Positions 39,167 to 51,916 of a stretch of 64,000 nt of DNA are shown here, piece by piece (the stretch's first letter is position 1; each line of letters opens with the position of its first letter). The translations under genes and the position numbers were made by a program. Under the pieces are notes generated by a model. That model was not told where the DNA came from and ran no database searches. It saw only the letters and a list, made by a program, of their open reading frames with translations. Source of the DNA: Octopus vulgaris (taxonomy: Eukaryota); NCBI GenBank assembly GCA_951406725.2, contig OX597821.1, positions 37,076,001 through 37,140,000 on the forward strand, in the 5' to 3' direction.

Positions 39167-40309
39167 TTTAATCTAAAATATACTCTTCATTTTCTACAAT
39201 GCTCTTCCAGCTATCTGATAGACTTGCAGGTCCCCTCTTCAAAAATTCACTTGCCCTTGACGAAAAATACTCCCCCAGTACTATTCTGATCTCGTTTACA
39301 GAATTCATATTGTTTCCGTCCAAATGATTTTGAAGACTGCGGAATAAATGATAATCAGATGGAGCAATGTCCGGCGAATATGGTGGGTGGAGCATCGTTT
39401 CCCATTCAAACTGTTCCAGCCTTTGGAATGTCATCCTCGTCGTATGTGGCCGATAGAAGAACACCTTTCGTCTTAAAATCAGAGATGATAGTTTTTCTTC
39501 TAGCACTGACTGAAGCTGCTCAAGCTACTCACAGTAGATCTCTTTTGTTATCGTTTGGTTTGGGTTTTCAAAGTGGACTAAACCTTTCAAATCCCACCAA
39601 ACAGACAGCAACACCTTACGTGGGTGAAGACCTTCTTTAGCCTGGATGCCATCTCCTTTCCCTACCCACTGTCTTCAGCGCTTGACATTTTTATAGAGAA
39701 CCTATTTCTCGTCACCGGTCACTAGACATGACAGCAAAGAAGAGCACACATTCACTCTGCACGCGATTAGACTCGGAAAGTTTGTGAGGAACCCATCGAC
39801 CCAATTTGCTGACTTTTCCGGTGGCACGCATGTCGATGAATGGGTGAATGACTAAATCCAAGCTTCTCTGCTATTTCCTGGACAGTTACGATAAGATTTT
39901 GTTCCACCAAGGTTTGCAGGACGTCCTCATCGAGATCTACAAATCTTCCAGGATGAGGCTCATCTTCTAGGCTGTAGTTTTCGGCTCGGAATTTCTGGAA
40001 CTACCGTTGACACCAGCTTACGCTTATTGTCCGGCACCCATATACTGCATTAATATTCCTCACACTTTCCATTGCGTTGTTGCCTTTATTGAACTCATTA
40101 AGCAAAATATGCCGAATATGCTCCATTATAACTTTGAAAAAATAACTGTTAAAATCGAACTGCACTCTTTAAACTTGCACTAAGAGTAGGCACAAGGTAA
40201 AATTACTACCTGCTTTTAAGCTGATGCAGGTAGTTTATCCCGTCCCCCCCCACCCCGACTTTTAATTCATGCAATTAAAAAACCGCATTATTTATGGGAT
40301 GACACAATA
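39167..40309 (-). mobile_element. Mariner transposon, degenerate
   Basis: HPPYSPDIAPSDYHLFRSLQ, WVP-like and VTGDEK motifs, with a TIR-like end at ~40285-40309. Confidence 0.85.
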
Positions 40310-40785
40310 TGTGTGTGTATGTGAAAGAAAGAAAGAAAGAAAGAGGAAGAGAAAATGAAAAAGGAGTGTTGGTAATTAAGACATTATGACTAACTTACTC
40401 TTTATAAATGTCCTGAAAATTCTACACAGCCTTGGCTTTGTTGTCTCATTTTATTTAACATATACATGCTTATACAAGACCCACATTAGACTCCTCGCTC
40501 GTATTATTGTCGAACCGAGAGTTTAACTACGGTCCTTCCATAGCACTTACATAGCCTTACCTGCCACATGGGGTTTTCTGGATACCAATACCTCTCATAT
40601 GTGTGTGTGTGTGTGTGCGGTCGACCTAAAGCTAAAGCAGAATACATTTGCACAGACTGCTATACACTGGAATTGAACTCACAAAGCTGATATCTTAATC
40701 ACATACTTATTACCTGTGTTATTTTATCTTTTTCTGTGTGTTATCGTCTCATTATTTTTATCTTTTTTTCGCATCTTTCTGTTAG

Positions 40786-40883
40786 GCGCCGACACACCAG
40801 TCTATCTTGCTTTACTGCCTCCAAATGTTAAAGAGCCTCGTGGTCAGTTTGTAGTGGATCGTCAAATCCGTGAATGGAAATAA
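40786..40883 (+). CDS. CBR1: CBR1-like last coding exon: ADTPVYLALLPPNVKEPRGQFVVDRQIREWK*
   Basis: Long pyrimidine tract plus TAG acceptor; TAA stop at 40881-40883. Confidence 0.93.
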
Positions 40884-40901
40884 ACACGACATACATAAAT
40901 G

Positions 40902-40907
40902 AATAAA
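40902..40907 (+). promoter_or_regulatory. Candidate polyadenylation signal of the CBR1-like gene
   Basis: AATAAA ~20 nt after the stop. A second AATAAA lies at 40990-40995, with GT/T-rich sequence downstream. Confidence 0.45.
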
Positions 40908-41862
40908 GATATTTTGTTCTGTTGAAACTACAAAACAATAATTAACTTTAAATGAAAAACTTTCAAAATTTAATTATCTGATGTAACTAAATAAATATTT
41001 CCAGTATAATTGAATCTATATAGCTTTTAAGTGATTATTTTAGGATTGAATTAAAAATGTTTTTCTTTGTTTGTTTTGTGTTTCGAACTGATACCAGTTA
41101 TGGGAATTGAACTTTCATCCTCAAATGATGTCTCAAAGTGTCAAATATGACATGGCAGGTTGACTTTCACTGCATGTCCATATTTAGCTTTCTTTTTGTT
41201 TATCCTATTATTCTTCTATTATTTTCAGCTAGAGACAATTGGGGCACTGCCATAAAACGTACCCCGCGCGGCTAAGCCTCCATCTGCGCTTCGTCCTCTG
41301 TTTTGGGCTGGTAATTAAAACAATAACTGGCGCTTTCGTCAGCCTAATCAAGTTCAAAGTGGCGGGCGTCCTGCGAGTACTGTGAGCCTAACGGCGTTCG
41401 GCGGACAGTGAGGTCGTGCAGCACAACGACAGTTTAACACGTAATTACACACACACACACGCTTGTACAAGATTCTGCCACCTGCGGTCAATTGGGAAGT
41501 GGTGAAGAGAAGAGAGTGATAAGACGGGGCAACAAGACGACGACTTTATGCGAACGGATGGACAGAGACCGACAGCAGTGGTAAACGTGAAGATTCGGGT
41601 CGGCAGCAGAACGACGGCTTGTGCTTTGTTCACACATTCCTTTACATGACGCAAATCAGAGTCTTTATAATTATAAAACTTATCAAGATTGCACAGATTT
41701 CTTTGATCTAAAAGTAAGAATGAGAGATTTCGCAGGAATTTCAACCTCTTTTGGAATATATATACTTTCGGTTCAGTTAACGATAAACTCCACACCATTA
41801 ATATAGGAATTTATAGAGATGATGGTCTGTTACTTTCTAGAGGTGTAAAGGGAGAGCTAGCT

Positions 41863-42268
41863 AGGCATAGGAGTGGCTGTGTGGTAAGTAGCTTGCTTAC
41901 CAACAACATGGTTCCGGGTTCAGTCCCACTGCATGGCACCTTTGGCAAGTGTCTTCTACTATAGCCTCTGGCCGACCAAAGCCTTGTGAGGGATCTGGTA
42001 GACGGAAACTGAAAGAAGCCCGTCGTATATATGTATGTATATGTATGTGTGTATGTATATGTTTGTGTGTCTGTGTTTGTCCCACCAACATCGCTTGACA
42101 ACCGATACTGGTGTGTTTACGTCCCCGTAACTTAGCAGTTCAGCAAAAGAGACCGATAGAATAAGTGCTAGGCTTACAAGGAATAAGTCCTGGGGTCGAT
42201 TTGCTCGACTAAAGGCAGTGCTCCTACATAGCCACAGTCTGAATGGCTGAAACAAGTAAAAGAGTAAA
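41863..42268 (+). mobile_element. tRNA-derived SINE (family A), full length
   Basis: Same head, body and tail as 30651-31064. Confidence 0.88.
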
Positions 42269-43403
42269 TAAGTTCATCAATTAACTAAATTTTTTCAAAA
42301 TTTAAACCTAAAGATTATTCTCAATAGTAATCTCAACATAGTCAATTCACACAAATTTATGAAATACTCGTGTCAATTCCACAGTTATTTTGTAAACTAT
42401 ATGGAGCTACAAATTCATAGAGAGTCATGAAATGTATAATCCCTTTTGAGATCTTGCCTTTTCTGGTTCAATGAATGGTGTAGAGACCAGATAGACAATA
42501 ATAAAAGTAAAGACTACTAACAAAACTTCTTTGAAAACTATATTCTTTGTTATAACCTGTCATCTCTTCTTTGAAAGATGTTACCAGATTTTTTATCATA
42601 TGACAAAACATATACAAAATTAACTGTGAAATGAAATCAAGAACATAACTTATCAATAATATTATTCAAGTACTGTACGACTACATCGGTAAAGAGACCG
42701 TAATACTCTGTATTATATCATCAATTTGTTAACTAAGGTACAATTCAGTATGTACAGTACTTGATCTACGGGAGGCTATCGGTACAACATCTACCCTGCG
42801 TATCGTATCTTTCTTAGTTATATCTAACAAACACAAACCTTGACCACCTGAAACACATTCACACATGCACATACATGCACACGCAAAGATACACACACAC
42901 TACAAACCCTGATTCCATAATAAAAATGACCAAAACAAAATTTCAAACACACTAACAAAAGCTACTTAGCTACGATACACCGTTAAACAAACATACTGAA
43001 CAACATGTTGTGCTCCTGAGCACTGTATGCAATAATTTCATCATTATTATTATTATACACAAAACACAAAGCATGCTTTGAGTACCACAAAAACTCAAGC
43101 ACATATCATTTTGGGGGAGGGTTCAATATGGAGTGAGGACATAAATTTTAAATCCTCCATAACAACTAGGTTTATACTTGATTCTCGAATCTAATAACAC
43201 TGCATACAATTTAATTCATTACCATTCTACCTAATATTATAATGAACAGTTCTAAACTAAATATTAACTAAGACCGATGCAGCATGTATACAGCTTCTTT
43301 CTCTAGCTATTCCATCTAACATTTCAAATTTGGAGTCACTTATATACAATAACTTATTATAATTAAAATGTACTGGAAAAAATCATATTGAAAAGCTTAC
43401 TGT

Positions 43404-43641
43404 TGTTATGTAATCATCACAACAAACATGAACAATCAACGTTGCCCATTGTCTCCTTTGATACAAGGACATTCAGTAAGTTTCCCGCCACAACAAATAC
43501 CTTGTACAACAACAGCAGTTTAATAAAGTATCTCGTATTGTTAACACGTTTTTCCAGTCTCTCTCATTTTCTTAATCTTTCATACTAAGTACTCACTACT
43601 TCCTTTAATACTCAATACATTATTTATATATAACAACCACA
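43404..43641 (+). mobile_element. Solo LTR of the Gypsy family at 13671-18165
   Basis: Highly similar to those LTRs in the opposite orientation. TG...CA ends, its own 5-bp TSD ACTGT, and no internal sequence. Confidence 0.93.
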
Positions 43642-44199
43642 ACTGTAGGTTCGAACATACCTTGCATTACTTATCCGTCTATACACATACACACACATAC
43701 ATATACATATACATACATGTATGTATATATGTGTGTGTGTGTGTGTGTATTCGTACATTTTAGTATTAATAGCTTATATAAACACGCAGTTACTGTTCTA
43801 CAGAGATTGAAATTGATAATTCATTTTTATTCCCGGTCATCATATAAACTGCGATAACACGAATGGTGACCCCCAGCATAGAAATTAACTTTCGGGAGCT
43901 GTTTATTTCTTCAACAACATCAAACAAATATGAAAGGATACTGGAATCAATATAATTTGGCTGATGCTGGATTAAACTTATAATTTGGATAAATGTTTTT
44001 CCTGATATGTCTGTAGAAAGTAACATCATGCAGTGTAAGAGAGAGAAATGACTAAGCGGGGAAACGCCATCTCATTGTTTTAAAAACTACTATTTGGTAG
44101 TGAATTAAAATTACTTTTACGTCGTTGGTATCTTCGATAATAGAATGTCTTGAAAACCACATATTGATTACATATATATATATATATATACTAAAATTA

Positions 44200-45350
44200 A
44201 ATTTTAAAAGAAATTTCTTTGAAATCGATAATTTTGACTATGAGAAATCTGTAGAAGAGTGAGTATTTGTTCTATACAAAAGCTTCCGTTTGGAAAACTC
44301 GTTTGATGATCCCTGGGGTATTTGTCTACCGCATTGTTCACATTGTCCAAGATGGCATTGCAGAACAATTTGCCATGGACAGACACCATAGTTAAAGATT
44401 ATGCTACGCCAATTGTTGCAGTCATTTAAACATCATTTTTGATTCGGGTACACAATCACTTCAGGTATTCAGGTCAAGGACTTCAGCACCATGCTATAAC
44501 AGGCTGAATAGATGTATAAGCTCGTTTTTGTTCTAATTTGTGGTTGACTTTATGACGGCACGGTCCATGAATAACCCCATCTTCGAGATCTGCTGGAGAC
44601 ACAATAGACAGACGGATCTTGACAGAAATTTAAAACGATATCGGTCATGCAAATGGTGACAAGCCTTCGTGACATCAGCTCTAACTTGATCTCTGCATCA
44701 ATTTGCCAAAAGACAGAAGCCTTATACATGGGCAAAAATCATTTCAAACCCATCAATCTTGAAGGACAAAATATTGATATTGTCCATTCTTGTTCATAAT
44801 GTTGGTTGAGACGGAAAAGCAGAAATTAATGTCATTCCTCAACTTTGCAAAGTGATGGTAGTTTTCCAAAGCTTGAGACCAATATGGTCATATTCTTCCA
44901 TTCGTCAAGAACATACACTTTGTCTAAATGCATCTATCGTTCCTTTGGCATTGTATGCGAGTGAAACGTGGAGGTGAATGGACAAAGTTTGCAATATGGT
45001 GAATATTTTTCATTGCTGGTGCTTTAGAAATATTCTGATGATGAATATGACCATATCACAAACGATGGGTAGTGCTGATCGAAGTAAACTTCAAGACACT
45101 ATCACAGTTGGACGAAGGAAGCTGCTTGGCCATATATTGCGCATACCATTTGAGAGGCCAGCAAGGACAGCCGTCATGTGGATAGTTGGAGGAAAAAAAG
45201 GCAGGTTGGTGAGGACTTGGCAAAGAGTTGTGTGAGAGGAGTTGACCAAGATGAGTGTCACCATGGAAGAAGGTTTTATACGGACTTAAAATGTTACCGC
45301 CCGGAGAACATCCAACGCCTGATGCTCTTTGAACGAACTGACATAACTTG
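44200..45350. mobile_element. Old RTE-clade LINE with an inverted 5' part
   Basis: 44200-44520 (-) encodes DCNNWR..SVHGK..CIEQILTL..IDFK. 44520-45350 (+) encodes later regions (FVVDF, LYASETW, LLGHILR..RPAR). Confidence 0.65.
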
Positions 45351-45398
45351 AAGTACTCCAAACTAATTAATAAACAATTTTATTATTTCTTCTATGTA

Positions 45399-45606
45399 GG
45401 GCGACGAGCTGGTAGAACTGTTAGCAGGCAGGGCAAATCGCTTAGTGATATTTCGCCTGTTTGTACATTGAGTTCAAATTCCGCCGAGAATGATTTGCCT
45501 TTCATCCTTTTGGGGTCGATATGATAAATACCAGTTGAGAACTAGCATTGATGTAATCGACTTGCCCCTTCTCTGAAATTGCTGGCCTTGTGCTAAAATT
45601 TGAAAT
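45399..45606 (+). mobile_element. SINE family B (Meta-SINE-like core)
   Basis: ggcgacgagctggtaga...gagttcaaattcc...gcctttcatccttttggggtcgat. Confidence 0.7.
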
Positions 45607-46111
45607 CATTATTTCTTCTATGTTAATTCACTAAACCTATGTAAACACCTATCTTCTAGTGTCCCTCTTTTTCAGCTTTGCACAATTTCGACAGTTATCC
45701 TAATCTCTTATTTAGTGCTAAGCCCCTACTTCCTCCTTTTACCTCAATAAATTTTGATCATTGTTATTCATTCCACCATTACTTTTCCCAACCTTTCCGC
45801 TCCTATTTTGAACAACTCCCACCCAGTTATGGATAGCCTCTAACGAGCTTGTAGCAGTTGAGACCTCCAGTGTTCTTGACCTCCGTACTATATCCCTGCT
45901 CACCACTACTGGGGCTGAGATTGCTGTTTGTAAGTGTGAGCCTTGTGAGTCAAAGTGGCTGTTCCAGTGTATCTTACTCGCTAGCTTCTGGGGCAGGTGC
46001 CATGAGAAATGTTTCTATATTGAGAGAGGCAAGATTAATCTATCATGTACACAATAAACTTAAGAGTTTTTGCGTCTATTTATAGTACATAATTATTTTT
46101 AATTATGTCTA

Positions 46112-46513
46112 TTCTTTTACTTGGTTCAGTCTTTTGACTGTGGCCATGCTGCAGCACCGCCATTAGTCATGCGAATCGACCCAGGGACTTATTCTTTGTA
46201 AGTCTACTACTTATTCTATCGGTCTCTTTTGACGAACCGCTAAGTTACGGAGACGTAAACACACCAGCATCGGTTATCAAGCGATGTTGGCGGGGACAAA
46301 CACAGACACACAAAAATATACAGACACCCACCCACATATATATATATACACATATATACGGCGGGCTTCTTTCAGTTTCCGTCTACCAAATTCACTCATA
46401 AGGCTTTGGTCGGCCTGAGGCTATAGTAGAAGATAATTGCCCATGGTGCCACACAGTGGGACTGAACCCGGAACCATGTGGTTGGTAAGCAAGCTACTTA
46501 CCACACAGCCACT
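46112..46513 (-). mobile_element. tRNA-derived SINE (family A)
   Basis: Homologous to 30651-31064. Confidence 0.85.
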
Positions 46514-46564
46514 CACTATCTATATCTATATATCTATCTATCTATCTATCTATTTATCTATCTA

Positions 46565-49500
46565 AAACCGAAAAGACTCATACTCCACCTCCAAAAACCC
46601 ATACACTACACCCAACTTTCACCAACCAGCACCAACACCAACAACAAAGTCAACACAGTCGGAAATAGACCCCAATACACTTCCCCTCCCACCTTCAGAT
46701 TCCTCTGACGTCATCAGATGAAGACGACACAGAGGATTGCCAAATAGCCACAGGGGGGAGGAGAAAAGGAGGAGAAAGAATAGAGAAGCAGACAAACAAA
46801 GCAGGGAGGTTTACCACTCCCGAAACTAAAACATCCGCATTGAACAAACACATCAACACAAACACACTATCACCAAACCCCGCAACAATGTTGACAGCCA
46901 TAAACACCAACAACACCGACCTAATGGATTACATTAGGTCAAACACCAACATAACCGAAAATGATACCAAAACAAAGAACCACCCATGCACAACACCACC
47001 ACAACACGTTAAAATCATACACATAACTCAGAACACACACAGCACCCTAAAATCCCTCAACCCTGATGCAGTTGGGAGATTTCAAAAGTATTTGTCAAAA
47101 AAACTGTATAAAAACCATCTGGGAGAAGACTGTGAAGTGAAGAATAAAGAACTTTCGGACAGTAAGTGACTCTCTCTCTCTCTCTCTCTTTTCATCTTCT
47201 TTCATGTGTAAAACACAACTTCGATAGGAATGTGCTCAAAATAGGCAGTATAAATGTACGTGGCTTGGGGTCGCCTTGGAAACAAGGCTACCTGTTAAAC
47301 GACATCAAGTCACAAAATCTGCATATCATAGCCATCAGCGAGACCAGACTCCACAGCCCACGGGCATTCCAGCACATGTTCGGCACACATTTCGACATTT
47401 ATTTTTCTCCGTGTCTACCGAGAATGGGCAGAGGTGGCACCACAGTGCTTTTCCGGAAGAGTCTGGACCTCAAAGTGAGAGCGATTTTCCTAGACATGGA
47501 GGGTAGGCTGGTCATCTTGGATGTCGATGGCAGCAATGAGTGCTTTTCGACTGATAACAGTTTATGCACCATCCTTAACAGACCGGCCAGATTTCTTTCG
47601 ACGTCTAGAAGTCTTCCTGGGAATGTCTCGACCTTTACTTTTAGTGGGGGATTGGACACGCATCTAGACTACGTGGGCAGAGATAGTAATAGGAGGAGGT
47701 ACAAACGTCTCAAAAACCTGCTCAGACGTTTCCAATTATCTGACAGGTACCGACTGGACCACCCGAATGTGCCAATGTGGACATGGAGCAACCGCATCAG
47801 GTCGTCCAGATCGTACTTAGATAGAGTATTCTGTATGACAGTAGATAAAGATAGTGTAGGTTGTCCACAATTCCATATAGTCAGCTACACAGACCACAAA
47901 TTTGTGACTTGTACACTTGACTTAGATAAGACACATAGGCAGGGTCCTGGTTACTGGAAGCTGAACGCGTCTTTCACGGCACGCTAGGCTTACAGGGACC
48001 GGATTAGCACATTAGTAAAGAGAGCTTTCACGGGTGCCATCATCAACAACAGATGGTGGTATGCTCTAAAGAAAGCAATTAAAGCAGAATCGGTTAGGTA
48101 CAGTAAGGCAGTAGACTGAAATAGAATAGAGGGAGACTTAGGAATTTAAAAGAGGCACTTAGAACTGGCATCACGTCCAACGTACTGGCAGCGAGGTTGG
48201 CCCTCGACCAACACCTCAACGCCAAACACGAAGGATGCGTTGTCAGAGCTAGGATGCGTGCTCTGAGGAACGAAGGAGTTGGAGCCGCCCGAGTGGTGGA
48301 GACGCAACGAGGCAACAGAGCCACCATCAGGTCACTTACAGATGAACAGGGGCGCGAATTACTCGAGCCTGAAAGGATGTGTGAGGCTTTCAACAACACT
48401 TTACCCAACTGTTTGGGACAAGTGATGGGTCAGAATGCAGAGTGGACTTTAGTGCCTACCTGCATGCCCTACCACGACTCTCAGCAAGAGAGACGGAGTG
48501 TTGTGAAAAACCCATCACAGCCGCAGACGTACGGGATGCGAGGGCAGGCTGCGCAAGAGACAAGTCACCAGGCTTGGCTAGTCTGCCCTGCGAAGTTTAT
48601 TGTCATATGCCAGACTTGTTTGGAGACGTCTTGGCAGCTGTCTACTGCAACTGGCAGCAAAAGGGAGTATCTCCGCCTTTGTAAAGCAAGGAGCAGTGGC
48701 ACTGCTAAAGAAAGATCCAAACAAAGGGGACGTCATAGATAATTTCAGGCTCATCACTCTGCTCAACGCAGATTTGAAAATTTTGGCCAAGATGTTAGCC
48801 GAGAGGTTGACACTTGTCATCGAGAAACTAGTCGACAAGGCGCAAACGTGCGCCGTGCCAGGTAGGAGTATCCATGACGACCTCCATCTGATGCGTTACA
48901 TCATAGACAGGGTAGTTAAGGATCCTGGCATGGGTGGGGTGCTGATCAATTTAGATCAATCAAAAACCTTCGATAGGGTAGACTATCACTACTTAGAGGC
49001 TGTCCTTAAAGCAGCTGGTTTCGGTCCCATCTTCCACGGTTGGATCGCTGCCTTATACAGCGGCATCTACTCGGTAGTTCGCGTAAATGGTCATCTATCC
49101 AGACCTTTTAACATCATGCGTTCGGTTCGACAAGAATGCCCCCTCTCATCGCTTCTGTATGTATTGACTCTTGAACCACGACTGCGGAAACTGGCGACGC
49201 TGAGAGGCATCCCACGAGAGCTGGGATGCTGGAGGAGCGTGTCTGCATACGCGGACGACGTCACCGTTATAGTGTCGAGCCACAAGCACATCGACCTGGT
49301 CGGCGAGACACTAAAAGAATACGAAGCAGTAACGGGAGCAAAAATTAACCGGGAAAAGTCAGTGGGCTTGCGGCTCGGCACCTGGAGAAGCAAACCCATG
49401 CCGTTCAACAGCGTCTCCATTGTGGGACACTGGACCGACGGACCGGTTAAATTGCTCGGAGTCTGGTTCAGTCCGGACCTCCAAATGGAGAAGAACTGGA

Positions 49501-49820
49501 GCGAAATAACGACTAGGGTGGCCACTCTCACCCAGCAATGGCCTGAGAAGAACCTATCCCTAAAAGGTTGGGCGGAGGTGGCGTCTGAGCGTCGTGCCTT
49601 GTCTTAACCCTACCATCACCAAACTGGAACGCATACTCTTCTGCCTCCTGTGGAAGGGAAGTGTTCCGATGGTTGGGCGATCCATTTGCTGTCAACACCC
49701 GCTAAATGGAGTGCTAGGCATGCCATGGTTGATGATGCGCAGACATGCACTGAGACTGCGACATCTCCAGCGCTTCATAGACGACGGTGAACAGGTGTGG
49801 TCGCCTTTTGTGCGACGCGA
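46565..49820 (+). mobile_element. Tx1/L1-clade LINE, degenerate (ORF1 tail, APE, RT)
   Basis: IGSINVRGL, ISETRL, YLDR, YTDH, LDQSKTFDRV and AYADD motifs, with several frameshifts. Confidence 0.9.
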
Positions 49821-50273
49821 GTGCGATTTTGCACTCGCAGATTAATTGATTTTCCTCTGTGCGATTAATAGTCACACGTGCAAAAACTATGACAGCGACG
49901 GGTCATAGTGCTAGTAGATATATATTCTTGAAAAATGTAAATTTTACACATTTTTTCCAGAATCCTCATCTTTCACTAAAAAAATATATATATATACCGG
50001 AAAAAAATGAAAAGATAAAGACAGAGGGATGAATTTTTGAAATTGTCTTTTCAGGATCGAATCCTCCCCCACCCCCACCCGCTTCATTTTTTCACTTTTT
50101 CCAGAATTTTCTCTCCTTGTTAATTTTCTTCTTTTTTTTTTTCCAAATACGTAAAAAGTACAAAGATTTGGACTCTGATAAAAATTTGTTTATAAAACTT
50201 CAACTCTTTAACCAACCACATGGTTCCGGGTTCAGTCCCACTGCGTGACACCTCGGGCAAGTGTCTTGTTTCA

Positions 50274-50373
50274 NNNNNNNNNNNNNNNNNNNNNNNNNNN
50301 NNNNNNNNNNNNNNNNNNNNNNNNNNNNNNNNNNNNNNNNNNNNNNNNNNNNNNNNNNNNNNNNNNNNNNNNN
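50274..50373. other. Assembly gap (100 N)
   Basis: A run of 100 N, preceded by a truncated SINE head at ~50210-50267. Confidence 0.99.
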
Positions 50374-50428
50374 AAAACCCCTGTATGGAGAAATAATATG
50401 CAATACAAGGCGAAGCTGAAAATAGTAA

Positions 50429-50464
<36 letters not shown>

Positions 50465-50786
50465 GCAAATTTTCGACCGAGGATCAAAGGGACAATACTA
50501 ATACTACTAATAATAGTAATAATAATAAATAATAAACAGCTCAACCACAACATTAGATTAGAAAGACTCTCTTATCTTGGGAACATTTCGTTCTTCTGCC
50601 TGACACGGGAATATGACGGGCTGGCTTAAAAATGCTCTTAGCAAAGGAAGAGGCGGGATGGCAGACAACGTAAAAGAGGGAGAGAGAGAAGGGAAATAGT
50701 GGAACCCCGCGAAAATGGGCCGCCATTGAAAAAAACCCCTGTATGGAGAAATAATATGCAATACAAGGCGAAGCTGAAAATAGTAA

Positions 50787-50822
<36 letters not shown>

Positions 50823-51144
50823 GCAAATTTTCGACCGAGGATCAAAGGGACAATACTAATACTACTAATAATAGTAATAATAATAAATAATAAACAGCTC
50901 AACCACAACATTAGATTAGAAAGACTCTCTTATCTTGGGAACATTTCGTTCTTCTGCCTGACACGGGAATATGACGGGCTGGCTTAAAAATGCTCTTAGC
51001 AAAGGAAGAGGGGGGATGGCAGACAACGTAAAAGAGGGAGAGAGAGAAGGGAAATAGTGGAACCCCGCGAAAATGGGCCGCCATTGAAAAAAACCCCTGT
51101 ATGGAGAAATAATATGCAATACAAGGCGAAGCTGAAAATAGTAA

Positions 51145-51180
<36 letters not shown>

Positions 51181-51343
51181 GCAAATTTTCGACCGAGGAT
51201 CAAAGGGACAATACTAATACTACTAATAATAGTAATAATAATAAATAATAAACAGCTCAACCACTGCCTGACACAACATTAGATTAGAAAGACTCTCTTA
51301 TCTTGGGAACATTTCGTTCTTCTGCCTGACACGGGAATATGAC
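50374..51343. repeat. 358-bp tandem repeat, about 2.7 near-identical units visible
   Basis: Identical spurious ORFs at 50558/50916 and 50699/51057 give the period of 358. Each unit includes two (TAA)n tracts. Confidence 0.93.
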
Positions 51344-51363
51344 ATAAATATATGTATGTATAT

Positions 51364-51910
51364 AGCACAAAGTGAGATAGGGGTTATGAGTGTAACCCAC
51401 TATGGGATATCAGTTATCCAATATACTACTAGTGAAGTGCCCAAAAGGCAAATACATAAATGCTTATAATTGCAATGCAATTAATTCATTTATTGTATTA
51501 GATGGGCGAAGGTAAAATATTTTACCTCAAATTCATAATACAAATAAGAAAATGGAGGAACAGATTCCTTTCAATCATCGACTTACAGATAATACCAATT
51601 CATATTATTTATTAACTACTTAAAAAGGAACATCCAAATCCAACAGAATAAAATAATATACATCAATAAGTAAGATAATACCATAAAAATAATACATATA
51701 AAATGGATCTTACAGCTGTTTCAGCCTGTAGATAAAAGTATCTCATTGTGCCTATATTAGTTAGATGTATTGAGGTAATATATTGATGTATATTGTTTTA
51801 TTCTGTTGGATTTGGATGTTCCTTTTTAAGTAGTTAATAAATAATATGAATTGGTATTATCTGTAAGTCGATGATTGAAAGGAATCTGTTCCTCCATTTT
51901 CTTATTTGTA
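51364..51910 (-). mobile_element. Penelope-like element terminal (pLTR) fragment with inverted duplication
   Basis: Homologous to 60421 onward. A half hammerhead GAAACAGCTGTA lies at 51711-51722 (-). ~130-bp inverted arms at 51539-51668 and 51781-51910. Confidence 0.75.
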
Positions 51911-51916
51911 TATGTA

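Larger units (their letters stand above)
26673..40883 (+). pseudogene. CBR1: Carbonyl reductase [NADPH] 1-like SDR gene; probable pseudogene (premature TAG, one exon not found)
   Basis: Six GT-AG exons translate to the SDR motifs TGSNKGIG, LVNNAA, VVNISS, YGVSK and CCPGYV, and to the CBR-type C-terminus GADTPVYLALLPP..PRGQFV..W. Phases are consistent except between 30626 and 34557. No start exon was identified. Confidence 0.85.

Noticed and set aside
41240-41640. CpG-richer patch as a promoter or small gene
   Set aside because: No recognisable ORF, splice pattern or element ends to support a call.
41863-41945. tRNA gene
   Set aside because: The tRNA-like A/B boxes are the head of a SINE that recurs several times in the window.
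50553-50910. Retrozyme (hammerhead-bearing ~350-nt tandem unit)
   Set aside because: No CUGANGA core was found on either strand; only a CAGAAGA..GAAA near-match.
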